Assembly (NCBI RefSeq): GCF_900232105.1
Contig: NZ_LT934425.1
Location: 2,130,001 to 2,162,000, forward strand
DNA from: Candidatus Kuenenia stuttgartensis
Lineage (GTDB): Bacteria > Planctomycetota > Brocadiia > Brocadiales > Brocadiaceae
DNA length: 32,000 bases
Direction of reading: 5' to 3'
Shown: in pieces, positions 27,324 to 32,000 of the stretch
How the letters are laid out: each line of letters starts with the position of its first letter
How positions within the stretch are numbered: position 1 is the stretch's first letter
The notes under the pieces: generated by a model
What the model saw: the letters and a program-made list of their open reading frames with translations, nothing else
The model's database searches: none
Told to the model about the DNA's origin: nothing
Made by a program: the position numbers and the translations under genes

Positions 27324-27430
27324 GATTTAGGAGTGGGTGAACTGTTACGGTGGTTTGATAAATTATGCTGAATAGTTAACGTCAGTTAAGAATATGCAAA
27401 TAGAAAGAAATAATTCAGGAGGACATAAAA

Positions 27431-27748
27431 ATGAGTACTGATATTAAAGAAAAACTTGAAATACCTGATACGCTAAGAAATATTTATACGGAGATGGAAG
27501 TTTCTCCAATAGGGCTTTTAAAGAACTATGCTTTAAACCTTATTTTAAATAAAATTAATAAATATGAAGCAGAAAACGCATTCTTTGAGAAAAAGTATGA
27601 TTGCAAATACGAAGAATTCAAACATAAAGTCGAATCTATGGAAAAAGAAGAGAATTTTGAATGGGAAGACGATTTGATGGATTGGGAATTTGCGTTTGAA
27701 AATTTTAGATATTGGCAAAAAAAAGCCCATGAGATAAAAGGCGAATGA
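27431..27748 (+). CDS. Small hypothetical protein, possible antitoxin partner of the TumE-like gene
   Basis: 105-aa ORF with an RBS-like aggagg upstream. Its stop codon overlaps the next start (ATGA). Confidence 0.6.
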   Translation: MSTDIKEKLEIPDTLRNIYTEMEVSPIGLLKNYALNLILNKINKYEAENAFFEKKYDCKYEEFKHKVESMEKEENFEWEDDLMDWEFAFENFRYWQKKAHEIKGE

Positions 27749-28089
27749 AGGAAATACTCGACAAATATAAAGATATTATTAAAAAATATGAAATCCTTGT
27801 TTGGGACAGCGAACCACTGGCGTATCGTTTTAAGGCAATAATTACGTTTATGGATGATTCAAGACTTCTGATAAAGGATTATACCTTTCCCCACGGACGC
27901 AAATACTCTTTTCACTGGCAAGACAGAAATAGTCATTTAATAATTCGCTGGGACAATGCAATGCACTGGAAAGACATAGATACTTTTCCACATCACAAAC
28001 ATGAAAAGGCCTCCATATCTTCCTCAAAAGAAGTAACGCTGGAAGATATTTTGAACCATATTTATGAGATTTTGAATGATGGACACTGA
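27745..28089 (+). CDS. DUF6516/TumE-like putative toxin
   Basis: 'AYRFKAIITFMDDSRLLIKDYTFPHGRKYSFHWQDRNSHLIIRWDNAMHWKDIDTFPHHKHE' matches TumE-family style. Confidence 0.72.
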   Translation: MKEILDKYKDIIKKYEILVWDSEPLAYRFKAIITFMDDSRLLIKDYTFPHGRKYSFHWQDRNSHLIIRWDNAMHWKDIDTFPHHKHEKASISSSKEVTLEDILNHIYEILNDGH

Positions 28090-28365
28090 TCAAAAATTAT
28101 CAATTACTCATATAGATACCCATGATAAAGCCGGTGGTACTGCAAAACAGGAAATACGTATTAAATTAAATATTAAAAGAGTGGTATACGAAAATATTTG
28201 CATTATTACGGATTGCAGAACCGAGGCTTTTCCAAAATGAGAACAGGGTCGATTTAAATTCCCCTCTGGTAGTCAAAGATAAAAAAACGGAAATAGTTAC
28301 AATGTCGAATTACAAAAAATCGGGAATGCTTCCCACTTCAATAGCCAATAAGACTGGAAAATGTA

Positions 28366-29760
28366 ATGAATGCATCAATAATAATACCAACACGCAATCG
28401 TTCAAAGTGGCTAACTTCCGCAATTCAATCTTTCGCAGAACAAGACTTTCCATCCTCTCAATATGAAATCATTGTAGTGGATAACGGCTCAACAGACAAC
28501 ACAGGGGAGATAACAGAACGAGCTGCATTATTAAATAAAAACAATATCAGATATATATATGAGCCAGAACCAGGGCTCCTATCCGGCAGGCATCGAGGAA
28601 TGTCGGAAGCAAAGGGAGAAATACTTGTCTTTGTCGATGATGATATTGAGGCGGTCAACGGGTGGTTATCGGCAATAATGGCGGAACTCAAAGATGAGTC
28701 AGTTCACATGGTTGGAGGTCCCAGTCTTCCCATGTATGAAGTTGACCCTCCCCAATGGGTCGAGAAATATTATTCATGGAAAGATGATCAATTAACATGC
28801 GGCTCACTGAGTCTACTAAATAAGGGAAAAGAAAGATTGGAAATAGATCCCGTATTTGTCTGGGGATTGAATTTTGCAATAAGAAAGAAAACGCTTTTTG
28901 ATTTAGGGGGTTTTCATCCGGATAATATACCAAAATCCCTACAACACTTTCAGGGCGATGGAGAAACCGGGCTGGCCCTGAAAATGAAAGGAAAAGGACT
29001 CAAGGCGGTCTACGCCCCTGGCGCAAAAGTATATCACCACATTCCACGGGAAAGACTCACCGTAGCCTATTTTGAAAAACGATTCTTTTATCAGGGTGTT
29101 TGTGATTCATATACACAAATAAGAAAAAATAAAGGGCTGTCAAATATAAAAATCCCTAACTACCAGATATTCGATCAATTCTTACCAAACGTCCCTGCTT
29201 ATGATCAATATAAACAAATTATCTATAAGCGGATTCATAATGCTTACGTTGATGGGTTTCTTTTCCATCAGGAGGCAGTACAAAAAAGTAAGACGCTTTT
29301 GAAATGGGTCTTGAAGGAAGACTATTTTGATTACCGACTCCCTGAGTTAAACCTACAAGAGCAACAACAAATTCAAGAGGTGAGTGATCGTATCCAAAAA
29401 CGCTCCACACACCTACAATGGCCACGGACTACGGCTCAGGATATGTTCAAGGATGCCTTTAACCTTATTAATTCTGACGACATGGTTACCGCTCTATCTA
29501 AATTAGATACCATGGTACATCAATATCCAAACATGCCGAAAGTGCATCTAACCCGTGCTTTGTGTCTGTCTGCACTTGACCGCCCACGGGAAGCAGTACG
29601 TGCTGCCATTGCTGAATTAACTATTCAGCACGATAATAAACAGGCAGTAGATATATTATTGAAAAATCAACAGGTGTTATTAGAAGAACTGAAGACTGCA
29701 CCCCAAGCGGCAGTTCGGCTTGTTGAACGTATACTAAAGTCCAGACTTAACCGGGTTTGA
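28366..29760 (+). CDS. Family 2 glycosyltransferase with C-terminal extension
   Basis: 'NASIIIPTRNRSKWLTSAIQSFAEQDFPSSQYEIIVVDNGSTDNTGEI...GEILVFVDDDIEAVNGWLSAI', followed by a helical, possibly TPR-like, C-terminus. Confidence 0.93.
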   Translation: MNASIIIPTRNRSKWLTSAIQSFAEQDFPSSQYEIIVVDNGSTDNTGEITERAALLNKNNIRYIYEPEPGLLSGRHRGMSEAKGEILVFVDDDIEAVNGWLSAIMAELKDESVHMVGGPSLPMYEVDPPQWVEKYYSWKDDQLTCGSLSLLNKGKERLEIDPVFVWGLNFAIRKKTLFDLGGFHPDNIPKSLQHFQGDGETGLALKMKGKGLKAVYAPGAKVYHHIPRERLTVAYFEKRFFYQGVCDSYTQIRKNKGLSNIKIPNYQIFDQFLPNVPAYDQYKQIIYKRIHNAYVDGFLFHQEAVQKSKTLLKWVLKEDYFDYRLPELNLQEQQQIQEVSDRIQKRSTHLQWPRTTAQDMFKDAFNLINSDDMVTALSKLDTMVHQYPNMPKVHLTRALCLSALDRPREAVRAAIAELTIQHDNKQAVDILLKNQQVLLEELKTAPQAAVRLVERILKSRLNRV

Positions 29761-29860
29761 TTAAACGTATTAAATAATCGGTCAATAACGTGTAATAAAT
29801 ACGTTGTATATTTTGTGTTTAATTTCATAATATTCTTTAAAAATACCCGGAGAGGATAAA

Positions 29861-30217
29861 ATGCAAACAAATATATTGACAGATGAACAGTATAAAATGC
29901 TTTCCCGAAAATTGATTAATAGTATAGAAAGGCATTTTAAGATAACTCCGTTAAATACTTTAAAACACTATAAATATATATTGAGAAAACCTATTTATAT
30001 TACGATTGAAATGGAAAAGGACATTTTTATAGCATCCTTAGATGATATAGAGGCATTTGCTTATGCTGATACAGAATTTGAAGCAATTAATCGGTTGTGT
30101 GAAGAAATAATCAATATCTATGAAGATTTACAGGCGGACAGAGACAATTTAGGTAAATTCCCTAAAAAATGGTTAACCTTCTTAGAGGAGGTTATTGTAA
30201 AAAGTGAAGAAAAATGA
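29861..30217 (+). CDS. Hypothetical protein, possible antitoxin of a HicA-like pair
   Basis: 'KPIYITIEMEKDIFIASLDDIEAFAYADTEFEAINRLCEEIINIYEDLQ' is vaguely HicB-like. It overlaps the next gene by 14 bp. Confidence 0.5.
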   Translation: MQTNILTDEQYKMLSRKLINSIERHFKITPLNTLKHYKYILRKPIYITIEMEKDIFIASLDDIEAFAYADTEFEAINRLCEEIINIYEDLQADRDNLGKFPKKWLTFLEEVIVKSEEK

Positions 30218-30473
30218 AGTAGAAAGGTTATTCAAAAAACTGGAATTGAAGACGCGGTCTACGGGACATAATTATGGGTGGTTGACTGTAAATGAGAAGA
30301 AGATATTAAGAGTTCATTACTCTCATGGGAAAGGGGACATTCCCGATAAAATTGTATCTAAGATTAGAGGGCAGTTAAAACTATCTTTAAAGGATTTCAA
30401 AGACTTAATTGATTGTTCATTGAATTACAACAATTACATCAACATTTTAAAACAAAAGGGAATCATTGATTGA
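30204..30473 (+). CDS. HicA-like putative mRNA interferase
   Basis: 'MKKNEVERLFKKLELKTRSTGHNYGWLTVNEKKILRVHYSHGKGDIPDKIVSKIRGQLKLSLKDF' resembles the small HicA fold (VhxHGxxdIPxxxxxxIxxQL). Confidence 0.5.
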   Translation: MKKNEVERLFKKLELKTRSTGHNYGWLTVNEKKILRVHYSHGKGDIPDKIVSKIRGQLKLSLKDFKDLIDCSLNYNNYINILKQKGIID

Positions 30474-30530
30474 TAAAATGGGTGAATGAGTATCTAAATT
30501 ATATTACAACCGAGTTTAAAATAGAAAGAC

Positions 30531-30772
30531 AGTTGCGACAAGGAGCATTCCCGATTTTTTGTAACCGTTTGTGTGATTGGGGCAAAACAACGCTTCAAGG
30601 GATATGGTTTGAACAGGAGCATTTCAGATTTTTGGCTAACTAACTGTACATTGTACCACAAACATCCTGCTTGTGGTATTTTACCCTCAAGCTGGAAACT
30701 TGAGTTACTATTCTTCCCCTCCCCCGCTAATGGCATTTTTACAAAAAATCGGGAATGCTCCCGTTGCAACAT
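30531..30772. repeat. Inverted-repeat-bounded noncoding element (MITE/REP-like), about 240 bp
   Basis: Left arm agttgcgacaaggagcattcccgattttttgtaa, right arm ttacaaaaaatcgggaatgctcccgttgcaac. Related arms occur at 3972..4116 and a solo arm at about 28311..28335. Confidence 0.75.
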
Positions 30773-30920
30773 AGCGCAGCAAAGCCGTAACCAAAAAGAG
30801 TTTAACCACAAAGGACCTAGCGCGGCCTTTGGCCGCAACCAAAAAGGTGATTTTTAGTTTATTATAAAGTATAGTAGTATCCTCGTAAATAGTAATCAGA
30901 CAATTTGGAGGACACTACTT

Positions 30921-31805
30921 ATGAATAAGTTGATGGAATTATATCGAGACAGGATCGTGGGTGCAATAAGCGGTCTGGACAGGATTCGTTTTCGCGGGAC
31001 ATTGCGGTGGTTGGCCAGTGAGCGTGGGATGGGAACATTCATGAACCAAGCGAGAATTCTGCTTAAGGATTTTTCCGGTTGGGTCAATGGGCTTACGGCA
31101 CAGGTGCGAGACAGTTGTGAATCGCGGGCGAAAGATTTGGGTATCGAGGTGCGGTATTTGATGAGCAGCGGTGTTGATAAGGAGAAGTTGGCTCGCCAGA
31201 TCGCGGCGGATAAGAGGATTACGGAAGGTTCCATCTGCCTGTTGAGTGTGGTAGAGCCTTGTATTGCGCCGATGGTCAAGGGCAACAAGGCCAGCAAGAA
31301 GCTCGAGTTGGTAATGGCGCCCCGCAAGTGTGTCTTTGTGTATCATTATTTTAATGATCCAGTGTTTGGTTTTGGTCATGTTCGTATCCAGAGTTGGGCG
31401 CCGTTTAATATTTTCATTTGTCTCAATGGTCGTCATTGGCTGGAGCGGCAACTTCAGAAGCAAGGTATTGATTATGTTAAGGACGGCAACTGTTTTGTGC
31501 GTATAGAGGATATTGCGGCTGCGCAGGTTCTGCTCCATGAGCAGCTTAAGACTGACTGGGCGAAGCTGCTGAACGGGCTTGCGTTAGGCAGTTGCCCGGC
31601 ATTGTCGCAGATTCTTCGTCCGTTGGAACCGGAGTATTACTGGTCTGCGGATGAGACGGAGTGGGCGACGGACATCATGTTTAAATCGGTTGAGGCATTG
31701 GAGGAGTTGTTTCCATCGTTTGTTCATCATGCGATGCGGGTTTGCGACAGTTCTTCGGTGATGAAGTATTTGGGTAGGCGTAACCTTGCAGGCGCTGCCC
31801 CATAA
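30921..31805 (+). pseudogene. Conserved hypothetical protein, apparently 3'-truncated
   Basis: A well-conserved-looking ORF ('YRDRIVGAISGLDRIRFRGTLRWLASERGMGTFM') ends abruptly in 'SSVMKYLGRRNLAGAAP*', next to a convergent transposase-like gene end. Confidence 0.5.
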
Positions 31806-31818
31806 GCGCTAACTTGTT

Positions 31819-32000
31819 TTAGGTGCGCTCGAAGTATTTTGATATCTGTGTTTTTCGGATTCTTGTATTTTCTGCTAAAGAACAAGCAATGTCATTCCAG
31901 CACTTAAGAACTTCCTGTAATGATAACGCTGGTTCTATAGCCCGTTTTACTTGATTAAGCATAAAAGCAAATTCACGCCATTTGCTTTTAGTCTTCTTGC
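31819..32000 (-). CDS. C-terminal end of a putative transposase or mobile-element protein (continues beyond window)
   Basis: Minus-strand open frame '...KTKSKWREFAFMLNQVKRAIEPALSLQEVLKCWNDIACSLAENTRIRKTQISKYFERT*', open to the window edge. Family not firmly recognised. Confidence 0.4.
   Translation of the reverse strand, partial: KKTKSKWREFAFMLNQVKRAIEPALSLQEVLKCWNDIACSLAENTRIRKTQISKYFERT

Noticed and set aside
30494-30838. ORF on the minus strand, 114 aa
   Set aside because: It spans the inverted-repeat element and has low-quality, motif-free translation, so it is probably non-coding.
1-32000. CRISPR array, tRNA or rRNA genes
   Set aside because: No regularly spaced direct repeats, tRNA-like cloverleaf with conserved TTCGANNC context, or rRNA signatures were noticed. 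This was a by-eye check; tRNAscan-SE and a CRISPR finder would settle it.

Overview
Mobile-element-scarred surface-glycan locus. I did this by eye from sequence; no database search was run. Core, all on + (about 8.6-24.7 kb): a tightly overlapping nonulosonic-acid (legionaminic/pseudaminic-like) pathway. Its genes are a LegB-like 4,6-dehydratase, nucleotidyltransferase, DegT aminotransferase, PIG-L deacetylase, WbqC-like protein, formyltransferase-like protein, NeuB/PseI synthase, CMP-sugar transferase-like protein and PseG/SpsG-like protein. These are followed by a radical SAM/SPASM protein, a methyltransferase, a sulfotransferase and a DUF115(Maf-like)-methyltransferase-TPR protein. The legB-like gene is split by an IS1634-like element, and an Rpn-family gene is split by an ISAzo13-like element. 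In both cases the interrupted ORF can be rebuilt exactly in frame. The ISAzo13-like transposase appears to need a -1 slip on an A9 run and carries an unusual N-terminal winged-helix-like extension. The flanks hold three orphan PD-(D/E)XK-like genes, two Rpn paralogs, several toxin-antitoxin-like pairs, a DUF4365 gene sitting between duplicated gene ends, a decayed GT2 paralog with a MITE-like insertion, and several families of hairpin or inverted-repeat elements. The overall style resembles an anammox planctomycete (Brocadia/Kuenenia type), but this is a low-confidence inference. No CRISPR array, tRNA or rRNA was recognised.
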